DNA of 64,000 bases from Camelus ferus (Eukaryota): the NCBI RefSeq assembly GCF_009834535.1, contig NC_045697.1, positions 43,960,001 to 44,024,000 of the forward strand. The letters run 5' to 3'. A model generated the notes under the pieces. The model was not told the DNA's origin. It worked only from the letters and a program-made list of their open reading frames with translations, and ran no database searches. Below, in pieces: positions 38,125-51,689 of this stretch (position 1 is the stretch's first letter; each line of letters opens with the position of its first letter). The position numbers and the translations under genes are program-made.

Positions 38125-38378
38125 GAATTTAGGAGTTCTAGATTTGCAGATACAAACTAATACACATAAAATAGATAAACAAGTTTATACTGTATAGCAC
38201 AGGGAACTATGTTCAATATCTTGTAGTAGCTTATGGTGAAAAAGAATATGAAAATGAATACATGTATGTTCCTATATGACTGAAGTATTGTGCTGTACAC
38301 CAGAAATTGACACATTGTTCTCTGACTATGCTTCGATTAAAAAAATATATATATATATATATATATATAATAAATAAA
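38125..38378 (+). mobile_element. LINE-1 3' end nested in an older L1M
   Basis: L1 3' UTR motifs; perfect TSD AATAACAAGGAAT at 38112 and 38379. Confidence 0.85.
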
Positions 38379-40172
38379 AATAACAAGGAATAAACCACTG
38401 ATATACACAACAACTTGGATGAAACTCAAGATAAATATAATGTCAAGTTGTGGGTAAAAATTTAAGGGGAGGTCATTACTAACTGGATAAAAATTAGTTG
38501 TGGAACATCAAAAACTACTAAAGGGAACAAAAGGAACCAGGAAAGATCTACTCAGCAAAAAAGAAGAAGAAGGAAAAACAGCGTCCAGTGAATACCAAAC
38601 AGGAAACAGTTTGGCTGTCTCATGGTGGGAGTGATTTAGACTTCTCAGCTGTACTAAAATGTCTTTACCTTTTATTAATTCTTTCAGTGTGTTTGTGGTG
38701 CATCTTAGGGAGTCTGACCTCTTATGAGATAGGTGAATAACTGCCCACTTATCTTGCCCCTCTTCTCTCCATGGCCCCTAAGCCCACACTAGGGTCCTCT
38801 GTTAAACTGATCTGCAGGCGGTGCCCCGAGGGAAAGCCTCAGCTGGCAGCTCTGGGCTGGCCCAGCCACTCAAGCTGGCTTCAATTAACCTCTCGTCTCT
38901 CGTTTCCCAGCCTCTTCTTCCTCTTTTCTGAGCTCTAGGTGTTTGGTTTGCGGTTTATCTAATGCCCTGCCCCTGACTCTGTTAGGTTTCATGTTCCTTA
39001 GCTCTGTTTTACTTTCTCCCTCAGTGTAACCCCTCTGCTTCACATTTTTCAAAAATTGCTCAAGATTTCTGGCTCAATGAATTGCCCCGTCCCTGCTTTC
39101 TAGTACGGCTTTCATTTTATTTAACAAAGTTCTTCAAGCACATAGTTTTTCAAATTATCTACTTCACAAAGTTTGTTAAGAAAAATTATAGTGCCCAAAT
39201 TTCTCTTCACTACTTCTTCTTCCCTAGAGCTGGTCTTTGGGTGTTTCCCCAAAATCATAGTCTTGTATTGCTATTGCTACTTTTTGACTTTTCATTCTGG
39301 GGCCTTGTCTATGTACCTCCCACTGTGGAAGATGAGATTTTAGTTGTCTTCTCCCCTTTCCTCACTACAGACACGCACCTGACCCCTGCCTCACTTCTTC
39401 CAATATAGTTACATATAATTGTGGTTAAATCCATATTCAGTATTTATATTAGGGCACTTATGTTTGCTCTTCAGAGTTGAGTCATGTAATGAACTATGCT
39501 TTTTCTACCAAACTTTGTTTTTCAGTAGTATTAATAACTCCCAGCTTTTTCATTAGTTTTCCATTTACTTAGCAGTAAGTCAACCCCAAAACCTTTCCCA
39601 GTTTTCCAAATCTCGTCCCAGAACATTCAACACATCAGACAGTCTATCAATTTCGTCTTCCTGATGACATCACTCCCTGACCTGCTACCCTTGAACTAGT
39701 TGCTCTTCCCTCCCGGTGCTTTGCTTGCACCCTGGGATCTCCTTCATCACGGCCTGGAGATGCCATTAACCTCTCTCCCAGGTTAGGCTCCGTTTCTTAT
39801 ATCTCGTATCCTCTTCTTTCTTGGTCTGCTCCTTCATTTTGGGCGTGGTAGCTTCCTAGAGGAAGCATGTGGGAGAAAAGAATTTTGAGATTTTACTTCC
39901 TAATACTCTTTATTTTACCTTCATATTTATGCTTTGATGATACTGTCTTTTATTGTCAATATCACAAAGTATAGGAAAACATTTGATGTCATAAAAAGAG
40001 ACAAGAGTTACATGGAGAAATCAACTAACATTTCCCTAAATGTACCCATTCAAGCTCTGAATTCAAGGGGTCAATGCCTTTTGCTTCTCTTCAAAATGTC
40101 TTGAAAATCCACAAGTTTTAATTTCCAAATAGGTGGATTTTATATTTCTATTTCTTTTATATTTTCAAACAG

Positions 40173-40277
40173 GGATCCATTTGTGATGACTTCATGGTGA
40201 CCCTTTTCTGTCCTCAATGTTCTCTTTGCCAAATCAAGAGAGACATCAACAGAAGGAGAGCCATGCATACTTTCTGA
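40173..40277 (+). CDS. PLAC8: PLAC8 coding exon 3 with stop codon (exon continues to 40289)
   Basis: Acceptor AAACAG|GGA; reads GSICDDFMVTLFCPQCSLCQIKRDINRRRAMHTF-TGA; donor ATG|GTAGGT 12 nt after the stop. Confidence 0.95.
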   Translation, partial: GSICDDFMVTLFCPQCSLCQIKRDINRRRAMHTF

Positions 40278-40432
40278 AAAAAATTAATGGTAGGTCCCAA
40301 AATCTGTGAGTGCTTAGAAATATAATTACAAGCTTTTTATATTACAACAATTCTTTAAGTCTCTTATATGTTATCTTAATATAAAAATTGATTTTGATTT
40401 CTTTTTATGAATAAGATAGCTGGACTAGCTTG

Positions 40433-41302
40433 CTTTGACATAAATCACAGCAATATTTCTCCCAAACCAGGTCCTAGAGTAATGGGAATAAAAGCAAAAA
40501 TAAACAAATGGGACCTAATTAAACTTAAGAGCTTTTGCATAGCTAAGGATACCAGCAGCAAAATGAAAAGACAACCTACAGAATGGGAGAAAATATATGC
40601 AAATGATGTGACCGACAAGGGACTAATTTCCAAAATATACAAACAACTCTTACAGCCTAATTTAAAAAACAAGAAACCCAATAAAAATTTTAGGACAGAA
40701 GATCTAAATAAACATCTCTCCAAAGAAGACATCCAGATGGTCAACAGGCACATGAAAGGATGCTCGACATTGCTAATTATCAGAGAAGTGCAAATCAGAG
40801 CTACAATGAAGTATCACCTCACACCAGTTAGAATGGCCATCATTAAAAAGTCCATAGTGGGGAGGGTATAGTGATAGAGCACATGCCTAGCAGGCATGAG
40901 GGCCTGAGTTCAATCCCCAGTACCTCCATTAAAAAACAAATAAACCTAATTACCTCCCCCCTCAAAAAAAAACAAAAACAAAAACAAAAACAAAATTTTA
41001 ACCAAAAAAGTCTACAAATAATAAATGCTGGGGAAGGTGTGGAGAAAAAGGATCCTCCTACACTGTTGTTCGGAATGTAAATTGGTGCAGCCACTATGGA
41101 GGACAGTATAGAGGTTCTTTAAAAAACTAAAAATAGACTTACTCTATGATCCAGCAATCCCATTTCTGGGCATATATCTGGAGAAAACTATAATTGGAAA
41201 AACACATGCATCCTAGTGTTCACAGCAGCACTATTTACAACAGCCAAGACATGGAAACAAACTAAATGTCCACTGACAGATGACTGGATAAAGAAGATGT
41301 GA

Positions 41303-41357
<55 letters not shown>

Positions 41358-41835
41358 GAATATTACTCAGCTATAAAAAATAATAAAATAATGCACTTGC
41401 AACAACATGGATAGAACTGGAGGTTGTCATTCTAAGTGAAGTAAGCCAGAAAGAGAAAGAAAAATACCATAGGATATCTTTTATATGTGGAATCTTAAAA
41501 AAAAGACACAAATGAACTTATTTACAAAACAGAAACAGATTCAAACATAGAGAACAAACTTATGGTTACCAGAGGGGTAAGAGGGTAGGAAGGGATAAAT
41601 TGGGAGTTCAAAATTTGCAGATACTAACTACTATGTATAAACTAGGTACACAACAAGTTTATACTGTATAGCACAGGGAACTATATTCAGTATCTTGTAG
41701 TAACCTACAATCAATTAGAATATGAAAAGGAATATATGTCTGTATGACTGAAGCATTATGCTGTACACCAGAAATTGACACAACATTGTAAACTGACTAT
41801 ACTTCAGTTAAAGAAGTAAAACAAACAAACAAACA
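40433..41835 (+). mobile_element. 1.4 kb 5'-truncated LINE-1 in the last PLAC8 intron
   Basis: ORF2 C-terminal homology ([16 protein letters not shown]...[13 protein letters not shown]), 3' UTR, (CA)n at 41304-41353 and a nested SINE. Confidence 0.9.
40857..41004 (+). mobile_element. tRNA-Ala-derived SINE nested in an L1 fragment
   Basis: B box and AAACCTAATTACCTCCCC tail; TSD AAAAAGTC(C/T)A(T/C)A at 40845 and 41005; splits L1 ORF2 sequence. Confidence 0.85.
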
Positions 41836-42739
41836 AACTTAATTACCTCTCCTCACCCCTCCAAAAAAGAACCTTTCTTTCTGATGTTCTTCTGGGCTTC
41901 CCACCAGTTGAAACTATCAAGAAGGCAGAAGGCAGGACAGCATTGCTGGCCTCCACAGGTCAGCCTCCCAGGGCACCAGGCAGTGCGGACAAGGGTAGAA
42001 ATGGATTGGATGGGGCAAACAGGAGATTTCTGATGCAAGGTGTGATTTGAATAAATAGAAGTGAGTTTTACTTCTTATCAGCAACATTAGTGAACTACAG
42101 AAGCCAGAAAAGGGGGAAACATCTGTGTGAGCTTAGTTCAAATCTGGTAGGAACAGATGGTCCAGGTAGGAAAAGAATGAGAAGTGAAAGCTTTCTAAAA
42201 GTGAGCTGGGGCCGTGGCGTATCATGTAGTGGATACTAGGCTGATGACTTGGCCTTTTATCTGGTGAGCATTGGGGAGTTCCTGCAGGCTTTAAGTAAGG
42301 GAGTAACATATGCAGAGCTATACTGTAGAAAATTAATCTGATAGTGACATATTCAAACAGACTGGACAAGATGAGGTCAGAAGTAAAGATGTGGCTGTAC
42401 ACCATTTCAACATTGTTTATTTAAATAATCACATGAGACAATTTGGATAAAAGATCTACTCGCACATACATAATAACAAATCTTGGCATTGGAGCTTCTT
42501 TTTTTTTTAACCTTGAGAAAATTACCTTATTGATTTCTGAACTGGTTTGAAGTAAAATACCTTGGTGACCCTAAGGCCTGCTCATCAACTCAGACCCTGC
42601 ATTATTCACTGACAGCAGAGCTTTAGATCCCCAAATAAATCCTCAAATATCTGAAACAGGAGAATCAAGAGACCAAGATCAAAGCATAACGTGGTTTATG
42701 TTAAAATTTAAAAAAAAAAAAAGATTAAGACAAAGAGAT

Positions 42740-43620
42740 AGAGGTACCAACTGAAAAAGTTCCCAGTAGCCAAAACTGGAACAATCTGAGCAACAAAATA
42801 AGGTAGTATTGGGTTAAAATCAACTCAGATTATAAAATAAATATCTGTAAGTCCATACTGATATAAATACCTGATTAAATACATAAATGGAGGAGAATAG
42901 ACAAATCTCCCAGGAGTACAGGATTCCAAATAATTTATGTAGTTACGCCTCCCTCAAGGAGATGGAGTGTAATTCCCCACCCCTTAAGTGTGGGTTTGCA
43001 GAGCAACTGCCTTTCAAAGAGTGTAATATGCAAAGGGCAAGGGAAAGAGTAACCTCATGGTGGAGAAACCCCACAAAACTACCTCAGGCAACTAACATCA
43101 AAGTCAACATCATCGGTGGTGTCCTTGAGAGCAAGTACCCCTGAAATGATGTGATGAATTGACGCATCACCTCTGTGATCGTCCTCGCAAAACCCCACAA
43201 CTCCAGTCTCACCAGGAGCAAAACATTACACAAACAAAAATTGAGGTCCATTCTACAAAATATGTAACCCATACTCCTCAAAACTGTCAAGGTCGTTGAA
43301 AATAAGTAAGGTCTGAGAAACTATCACAGTTTGGAGGAGCCTAAGGAAACATGGTGACTAAAGGTAATATGCTATCTGGATGTGATCCCGGAACAGCAAA
43401 AGGAAATTAGGTAAAAACTGAGGAATGTAAATAAAGGATCGGCTTAGATTAAAAATAATCTATCGATATTGGTTCATTAGTTGTGATAAACCTACTAAAG
43501 TAAGATGTTAACTAGTATAGAAATTGGTGCAGGGTATATGGGAACTCTCTGTACAATCTTTGCAACTTTTCTATAAATCTAAAATGATTCTAAAATTAAA
43601 ACTTTATTAAAAATAAAAAA
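42740..43620 (+). mobile_element. Old L1MC-like 3' region
   Basis: GGAACTCTCTGTACAATCTTTGCAACTTTTCTATAAATCTAAAA terminal motif. Confidence 0.65.
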
Positions 43621-43665
43621 GTCGCCTGAGGAAATTTAACCCTATTTTTTGTGTGTCCCTTATAG

Positions 43666-44030
43666 GTGAAGAGCTTTTTTTAAAATCCTTTTTCCTGTGG
43701 TATCTCTTGACCTGTTGAAGAGCTCTTACTGAAGCAGCTAAAATCAGCTCCACACCTCTTCAGCTTGCATGTTTCTCCACTCTTGCAACTGAAGTATAAT
43801 TGATATGTTTAATCACAATCAGTGGGGTTAAAAAAATAGAACTTTGGTTTCTTTTACAGGAATACTGTCCTTTAGTTATGCTAAATGATCCAGCTTGGTT
43901 TCTCCTTGCTATTAAATTTTCTGGCTTATAAATTTTGTATTACATTTAAAATATCAATCAAATAAAATATTTTACTAACTCAATTCTTTATGCTTCTTTG
44001 CTTTCAATAAAATGTCTTTATGTTATTACT
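43666..44030 (+). other. PLAC8: PLAC8 terminal non-coding exon (3' UTR)
   Basis: Acceptor CCCTTATAG|GTGAAG. Sequence (CTCTTACTGAAGCAG...CACCTCTTCAGCTTG...TTGCAACTGAA) resembles the recalled human PLAC8 3' UTR. AATAAA at 43961 and 44005. Confidence 0.75.
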
Positions 44031-45419
44031 GAACTTCAAGGGTCAGTCTCATAATTTTGTTCTCATAGTTTGGTTTCCTAATAGGAGATTTTGGTTCACA
44101 GCAACTCAGCTCTCTTTCATCTAAGAAGTTTAAGAGAGAGAAAGAAAGACCACAGATAACTATTCTAAGACACTTAAGATACCTTCAGCCAACACGGTTG
44201 CTCTTTTTCATGTTATCTATGAACACTGCTAATGCTGACAAAGAAACAATGCACTGTGCTCTGTTTCCCAACTGCACATCTGATGGTTTTGTTATTATGT
44301 TATTGATTTTTTTTCTCTTTTAAATATGAAGCATCAGACCAAGTAATAAAAATTCAATTCTCAAATTTAATGACTCAGTTTTGCTTAGTGATGGATACAT
44401 GTGTGAAGCAATATGTTTTTGCATACTTCTTATCCTATTTGATCCTCTGCAACATTTTGCCCTGATGAAAGTCTCACTTCCTAATTTCCTTTCACTCTCC
44501 TCCTACATACACTTCTGAATCCATTTCATTTGTTGGAATGGGGGTGGTGGGGGAACTACCTGCTGTAAGCAGATATTTCACTATAAGTACACCGTGAAAT
44601 TTCAATGAAATAAAATGTAAAAGCTCCTGGAACTTAATAGGCACTCAACAAAGTAGAGCACTTTGTGCCTTCGTTTACTTGCCTTCTAGGTGTAGATGCT
44701 TTGCAAGGTTCTATTCTGAGTCCACTCCTTTCACACCTCATGTTCTTCTTAGTGTCATCTACTCCCATGGCTTCAAATGCTTTCTATGTGCCAAGGAGGA
44801 CTGTATTTCTAGTTTCTCCCTTGCTATTAATCTTCAGAATGTCCCTTCGTTTGCCTACTAGACAAGTCAGTCTGGATGACCCCTATACCTTCTCTACCTA
44901 ACAGATCAAACGATACCACCACTCAGTTGTTCAAGGTGATATATCTAGGTATCAATGAAACCTGAATTGTCTCATCACACCCTACTCCCTTCTCCTCACA
45001 TCTAACCAGACACCAACTTCTGTCCCTTAAACTCCACTTGATACCCCTAGTGGGTGATCTGTTTGTTGCTGTATCTGCAGTGCCTAGAACAATGCCTGAC
45101 ACCTGGCAGATACATCTTCAAATTACTTTTTGAATGAATTAATCTGTCCTCGCCTCTTTCTTCCCATTGCCACAGATATAGTCCAAGCCCTCATTATGCC
45201 TTTGGAGAACCACATTCATAGCTCCTGAACTAGTTTCTCTGCCTCTAGTAACTCGTTTCCACTGCATTCTCTCCAATCCATCCTATACACTGCTTGTCAT
45301 GAGTAAATTGTAAACATTCTAAAAAATTTTCTTTGGTCCTTCACAATGTAACCTCAATTTACCTCTTTAGCCTATTCTGACATTTTTCACTCTCAAAATT
45401 CCTTATTTTCCCTGCTTTC

Positions 45420-48090
45420 AACACACATACTTTTTAAAAACAATTTCAAATCCCGACTGTTCATTGTTATATATGTATAGAAAAGCAATCAATTTTTGTC
45501 CAGGATTTTTTTTTTCTGATTCCTTGGGATTTTCTACATAGATAATCATGTCAACTATGAACAAGGACAGCTTTATTTCTTCCTTCCCAGTCTATGTAAG
45601 TTTAATTTCCTTTCCTGGTCTTACTGCATTACCTAGGACTTCCTGTGCAATGTTTAATAATACCCTTTATAATCCTTCTACTCTTTATGAGATCTGTAGT
45701 GAAGGCTCCTTTCGTTTTTAATATTAGTTAATTTGTACCTTCCCTTTTTATCTTAGCTTGGCTACTTACAAATTTTATTGAAATTTTCAAAGTACCAGAT
45801 TTTGATTTCACTGATTTTACCAACTTCTTGTTTTCAGTTTCACTAATTTATGCTCTAAACTACTCTAATTTTTATTATTTCTTCTCTTCTACCTACTTTG
45901 GATTTGTTTTTCAAGCTTCTTTACATGAAAGCTAAGATTATTGATTTTAGATCTTTCTTCTTTTCTACTATATGCAGTTTTCACTGTATCTCACAGATTT
46001 TGGTTAAGTTGTATTTTCATTTTCATCTGGTTCAAAATATTTTAAAATTTCTTTTGAGATTTCTTCTTTGACCCATCCTTTCTTCAGAACTATGTTGTTT
46101 AAGCTCCAAGTATTTGGGGATTTTCCAGTATCTTTCTGTTACTTCTAGTTTCATTTCATTGTGGTCAGAGAGCAAACATTTTATGATTTCTATTCTTTTC
46201 AATGTGTTTTATGGTCCAGGATGTGGTCTACCTTGGCGAATGTTCTACATGAGCTTGAGAAGACTGTGTTCTGTTACTGTTGGATGAAGGGGTTTAGAAA
46301 CATCAATTAGATCCTGCTGATTGACAATACTGTTGAGTTCATCTGTGTCCTTACCAATCTGAATCTGTCCATTGCTGACAAAGGGTGTCAAAGTCTCTGG
46401 GTACAATAGTGGATTCATCTATCTCTCCTTGTAGTTCTATCAATTTTTGCATCATGTATTTTGACACTCTGTTGTTGATGCTCTGTTTTTAATTGAGCAT
46501 TTTATGATTCCATTTTCTGTCCTCTTAGCATATCAATTATATTTCCTTTTTTAAAATTTTATAGTAGTTGCCCTAGAGTTTTCAGTATACATTTACAATT
46601 AATCTTAATTACAATTAAGTCCATGTTCAAATAACACTATACTGTTTCATGGGTAGTGCAACAGTGTATTCCTAGAATACTCCCAATTCCTTCCTTCCAT
46701 CATTGTCATTTATTTCACTTATCCATGTGCTATAATCATCCAAAAACTGTTGCTATTATTACTACAAACAAAATTAATCTATTAGACCAATTGAAAATAA
46801 GAAAAAGAAAGTATTTTACCTTCACTATTTCATCTCTGAAGCTCTTCCTTCCTTTATGTAGATCTGAGTTTCTAACCTATACCATTTTCCTGCTCTCTAA
46901 ATTTCCTTCCCTCTAGCATTTCCTTTTAATTCTTAAGTTTAATCTCTCTGCTTACATTATTCATCTGTTCTTGCATGTTGTCTACCTTTTCCATTAGAGC
47001 CCTTAGCAAATTAATCATAGCTGTTTTAAATTCCTGTTCTGAGAATTCCAACATCGCTGCCATATCTGAATTTGGTTCTTACGCTTGATTTGCCTCTTCA
47101 AATTGTGTTTTTTCTGGCTTTTATCATCCCTTGTAATTTTTCGGTTGAAGGCCAGATGTGATGTTTCAGGAAATATGAACTGAGGCAATTAGGCTTTTAA
47201 TATAAGATTTTAGGGTAATTTCGGTAGAAGCCAGGCAGCACTTAATGTTTTCTGTAGCTGTAAATGACAGAGGCTTCTCTCCTCCGTTTTCCTTGCTGTG
47301 TCTTCTTCCCTGTTGTGTTGTGTTCCCCTAAGAATTCTTTCTTAAACAGTCAGTCTTGGATCTCTCAGTCATAATCCACCGCACCGATACCGTACTGGAA
47401 CTCTGTTGTTGTGGTGGAAGGGTACTTGGTAAGCATTCAATAATCTTACAATTAAATCTGTTTTTTATTTGGCCCAAGTCCCTGGGCTGTGACATCAGAA
47501 GTGTTTCTTATCCTTTTTTTTTTTCTCTTCTCCCATGATACAAGAAGACTAAAGAGGGCTGAAATGTTCTAACTGGCTTTTCCCCAGATCAGATAAGGCT
47601 CTGGTAACTTCCTTTAGAGGACAGGACTTTATCACGGAAAATGATCTAGGTGTATTTCAGAACAGTTCCTTTTTCCTCCCCGGCTGCCTGAAATACAAGA
47701 GGATCCCTGATCTTAATCATGAGAACCTGATGGGGTTCCTGGAGGTAAATCCTAGAAAGTGTAGGGGTTCCCCTAAGAGTGGGCCCTCAGGGGGTTTTAA
47801 CTGTCCACCTAGTCTACAGTCAGCCTCCAGTATTTTGCCAAAGTTACCATTTCACTATGTATATCAGTTATTGGTTCAAGGAGGTCTGCTCCTGGTAAGC
47901 TGATCTCTATTCTAAATCTATTTGCCTGTCTCTCCAGTTTTAGGAGTGGTGGTTTGCCTTGTGACCTCAATTCTGTGATGGATCTAAGACAAGGCATGAT
48001 TTTTCAGTGTGTTCAGCCTTTTTCTTGTTGTGAGAATTGAGTGATGACTTCAGCTCTTTACATGTTGGAGCTGAAACTGGTAGTCACCTA
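45420..48090 (-). mobile_element. Old, fragmented L1M in the PLAC8-COPS4 intergenic gap
   Basis: T-rich antisense L1 ORF2 motifs (ATAATCATGTCA...CTAGGACTTCC, GGTCTACCTTGGCGAATGTTC). Confidence 0.65.
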
Positions 48091-48401
48091 CAAACTCTTT
48101 TTTTTTTTTAAAGTCTTCCCTCATTTTCTCTATAAAGTTAAGCTGAAATAATCCTCTCAGAGGAGCCCTCCCTGACCTCTCTCTGCCAAATGAAAAGCTC
48201 CTCCCTGTGTGCTCTAGTACTTGTACAGCTACAAGTATTACACATGTTGTCTACTGGCTCTGTGAGTCTGTGAACGCCTGGAGAACAGGCATTACGGCGG
48301 CTTATCTTCGCATTTCTTGCATATAGTATAAACAATCGTCTACTGAATTGAAAGGAAAAAGGAACAAAACACTGTTCACTAATTAAAAACAAAGTACTAC
48401 T

Positions 48402-48428
48402 TTTATTTGGCTCACTTCTCCATTTATT
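48402..48428 (-). terminator. COPS4 polyadenylation signals
   Basis: Two AATAAA hexamers on the - strand (TTTATT at 48402 and 48423), ~340-360 nt after the stop, followed by a GU/U-rich tract. Confidence 0.65.
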
Positions 48429-48762
48429 AGAATAACCACATCTGGAGAGGCACAAAGCACTTAAGTTTACATGACTACAAAGTTATCACAAATCCCAAAC
48501 TTTTTAGCCACAGATATTTCACTTATTCTGTTTAAAGAAAAAGCTTTCAAAACATCTGAGTTAGCGTTGATACACAGAGACCCTGAATATATGGGAACTA
48601 CATATTTTCACTTCCTGCTCTAATAATGTTTTCTTTAAATAGAATCCAGCATAAAAGGGATTGAAATATGTAAGGTCATGATGCAAATGCTTTGGAGAAA
48701 TAGTGAAATTAATCTGTACAACACGGAAAAAGATGTAGTGCGCACAGAAGGTCTGCAAGGCC

Positions 48763-48896
48763 TCACTGAGCCATCTGGGCTTCCATGGCTTGTGCTGTCC
48801 ATTCTGGTGCTGTCTGACTAATTTTCTCCAAAAGGTTATTCACTTGGAAACAAAGCGACTGGATCTGTTTGTCCCATGTTGGCAGGGCTTCTCGTG
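48763..48896 (-). CDS. COPS4: COPS4 last coding exon
   Basis: Reads (T)[46 protein letters not shown]; acceptor TTCTTTAG. Confidence 0.96.
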
Positions 48897-51203
48897 CTAA
48901 AGAAAAAGGAATAATGTACAAAGTTGAAATTATTCCTTTATACCATTGAGAATGTGAGTTAAAAGGTAAATACAGAAGCACTGATTTTTAAAAGTTTACT
49001 CCAAAAATCTTGGCTAATAAAATTAAGCTAATCAAGCGATAGTTAAGAAGAGTACCCAAATCACTGGCACAAAGTACAAAACAAAACAAAACAAAACAAA
49101 ACAAAAAAATACACATACAGAGACTTATTATCAACCAAATAACCTCAACCACAATCACAACAATAAAGCTACTTCACTGAAGCCTACTGACTTATCACCA
49201 GTGTTCACCAAATCATAAGACACTGCCACCTGCTGAGGAAAGTAAATTTATATATTCAAGGCTGTCTCTACTTGATTCTGAAGGATATTTTAATATTTAA
49301 ACCCAAAACAAAAAAAAAATTCATAATGAATCCAGCAGGTTTTTCTCTGTACCAGCAATGTATAGTTAAAAATAAAAAACTGGGGGTGGGGGTGGGGGGT
49401 AATCCCATTCAAAACAGCACCCAAATTTACAAATATGGGCACAGAATTAATGAAGAAAAAAATATAAAATCTTAATAAAAGACATAAAATTATTTGAGTA
49501 GACACAAACCACATTCCCAGGTGGAAAGATGCAGTATTATAAAAATATCAGTCTTTTCCTATTAATATACAAATTTAAAGAAATTTCAAAGACAATCCCC
49601 CTTTTCTGTTTTGCTTTCTGAACAAGAATACTAAAGTTAATATGGAAGAACTGATGCTTAAGAGTATCCAAAATAATCCTGAGAACTAAAAATACGGGCA
49701 GGATTATGATGTATCTATAAAATGGAATCTTATTCAGCCATGAAAAGGAATGAAGTACTGATTACATGCTATAACATGAATGAAACTGGAAAAACAGTAT
49801 GTTAAGTAAAGGAAGCCAAAAAGTCACTTATTGTATAATTCCATTTATATGAAATATCCAGAATGGGTAAATCCACAGAGACAAAATAGAAATTGGTGGT
49901 TTCCAGAGGCTGGGGAGAGGGAGGAATGAGGAGTAACTGCACAAGGGGCATGGGATTTCCTTTTGGGAAGATGAAAATGTTTTAGAACTAGGTAGAGGTG
50001 GTGGCTGCATAACATTGTAAACATACTAAATGACATTAAATTTTTCACTTTAAAATGATTAATTTCATGCTATGTGAATTCCAACTCAATTTAAAAAAAA
50101 ATTGTAGTGGAGGAACAAGAGTAGCTTTCCCAACAGTAAAATTTACTATAGATTTATTACCTAATATTGTTACAGATTAATGAAACTGGAGTACAGAAAT
50201 AGATTCAAACATAATGGTATCTGATATATGCCAAAGATTAGAAAGAATGTTTTATTTAATAAATGATATTTACATAATTGGCAATCCACCTTTTAAAAAA
50301 AACTAGACTACGCCTAAAGTTATACACACAAATACTGTTGACAAATTAAATTTCTAAATATAAAACAATAAATGACAGAATAAATTTTAGGAAAATATTA
50401 ATTTTACCCCAAGGTGAAGAAGACTTTCTTTATCAATACAGGAAACTCAAAAGCCATAAAATTTTAAATGGACATATTTGACTATAAAAAAAAAAGCCTT
50501 TAAATATATTTATGGTATGCATTGTCTTACAGAAACACAAGTAACTGGGGTGGGAAATGGGAATGGGAAAAATATGTGTCACACAGACAGCAAAGAGCTG
50601 AAATTATCATTAAACCAAAAGCTCCAGCAAACTGACACTGGGAGGTCAGAAGAATAGGTGTAGAGGGGAAAGGAAGGAAATAGGCAAGAAAAAGTAACAT
50701 CAATTCACAGAAGAGGAAACGCTAGTGGCCAAAACATGGAAAGATCAAACTTCACTAGTGTCAGGGAAATGTACAGTAAAACAATAATGCAGTATTTTCC
50801 CTCCATCAATTGGTAAAAGATAAAAAAAAGGAATAAAATCCAGCTGTTGAAGACTCTTTCTCTCATTCTGGTGGAAGTGTAAATGGCTACATGTGTCTGG
50901 AAAGCAAACTGGTGGTAGCTATTAAGAATCAAAATACATATATCCTCTGATGCAACAAAGGATGAAACTTTTCTATAGAACTAAGTGTCCCAGTATATAA
51001 AGATAAGCACAGGAAACCACCTGAATGTCCACCAACAGGTGAATAGCTGAACTCCAGGAAATACTATGCAGCTATTAAAAAACAGATTTACATCTACTGA
51101 CTTGAAAATATGTTCATGGTATATTAACTTTTAAAAAACACCTTGTAGACCAGTATGTACTTTAAAGTATAATGCCACTTAAAAAGATCTCTACATGTTT
51201 TTA

Positions 51204-51375
51204 GGAGGGAGGATGTAGCTCAAGTGGTAAAGTGTGTGCTTATTAGCATGGTCGAGGTCTTGGGTTCAAACCCCAGTCCCTCCTCTAATAATAAAGGAAT
51301 AAATAAACCAGATTACTCCCCCCAAAAAACCTAAATAAATAAATCACTCTTCAAAAAATAAAAAAATTAATCAAG
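51204..51375 (+). mobile_element. tRNA-Ala-derived SINE (Vic-1-like)
   Basis: A/B boxes; TSD AAAAAGATCTCTA(C/T)ATGT at 51181 and 51376. Confidence 0.85.
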
Positions 51376-51689
51376 AAAAAGATCTCTATATGTCTTTATT
51401 TTTCTATATATAAGCATGGAGAAAAGCACACAAGACTTGACACTGACATTAGTTATGCCAGGGAGCTAGGATTAGCCAAATGGAGACAGAAGTGAAAAGA
51501 TATTACAAACTCTTCCTTTATTCATCCTTATAATGTTTTACTTATTATTATAAGCATATTTATCATTATAATTTTTAAATCTAAGAAAATTAGAAAGGAA
51601 AATATTCCATATTCTATCAAGATACAATACATTAATTTAAATTGTCCTTTCACTTGGTGACCCCTTTGCTATACTATTCATCACATAAT

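Larger units (their letters stand above)
20040..44030 (+). other. PLAC8: PLAC8 gene span (placenta-associated 8 / onzin); 5' and 3' ends approximate
   Basis: Three spliced coding exons translate to the Cys-rich PLAC8 protein (WQTGMCDCFSDC...LCGTFCF...CCLCGTSVAMRTLYRTRYGIPGSICDD...CQIKRDINRRRA). Tail-to-tail position with COPS4 matches known mammalian synteny. Confidence 0.9.

Noticed and set aside
40275..40291. Intron downstream of the PLAC8 stop codon as an NMD trigger
   Set aside because: The junction is only 12 nt past the stop, within the ~50-nt rule, and this layout is normal for PLAC8.
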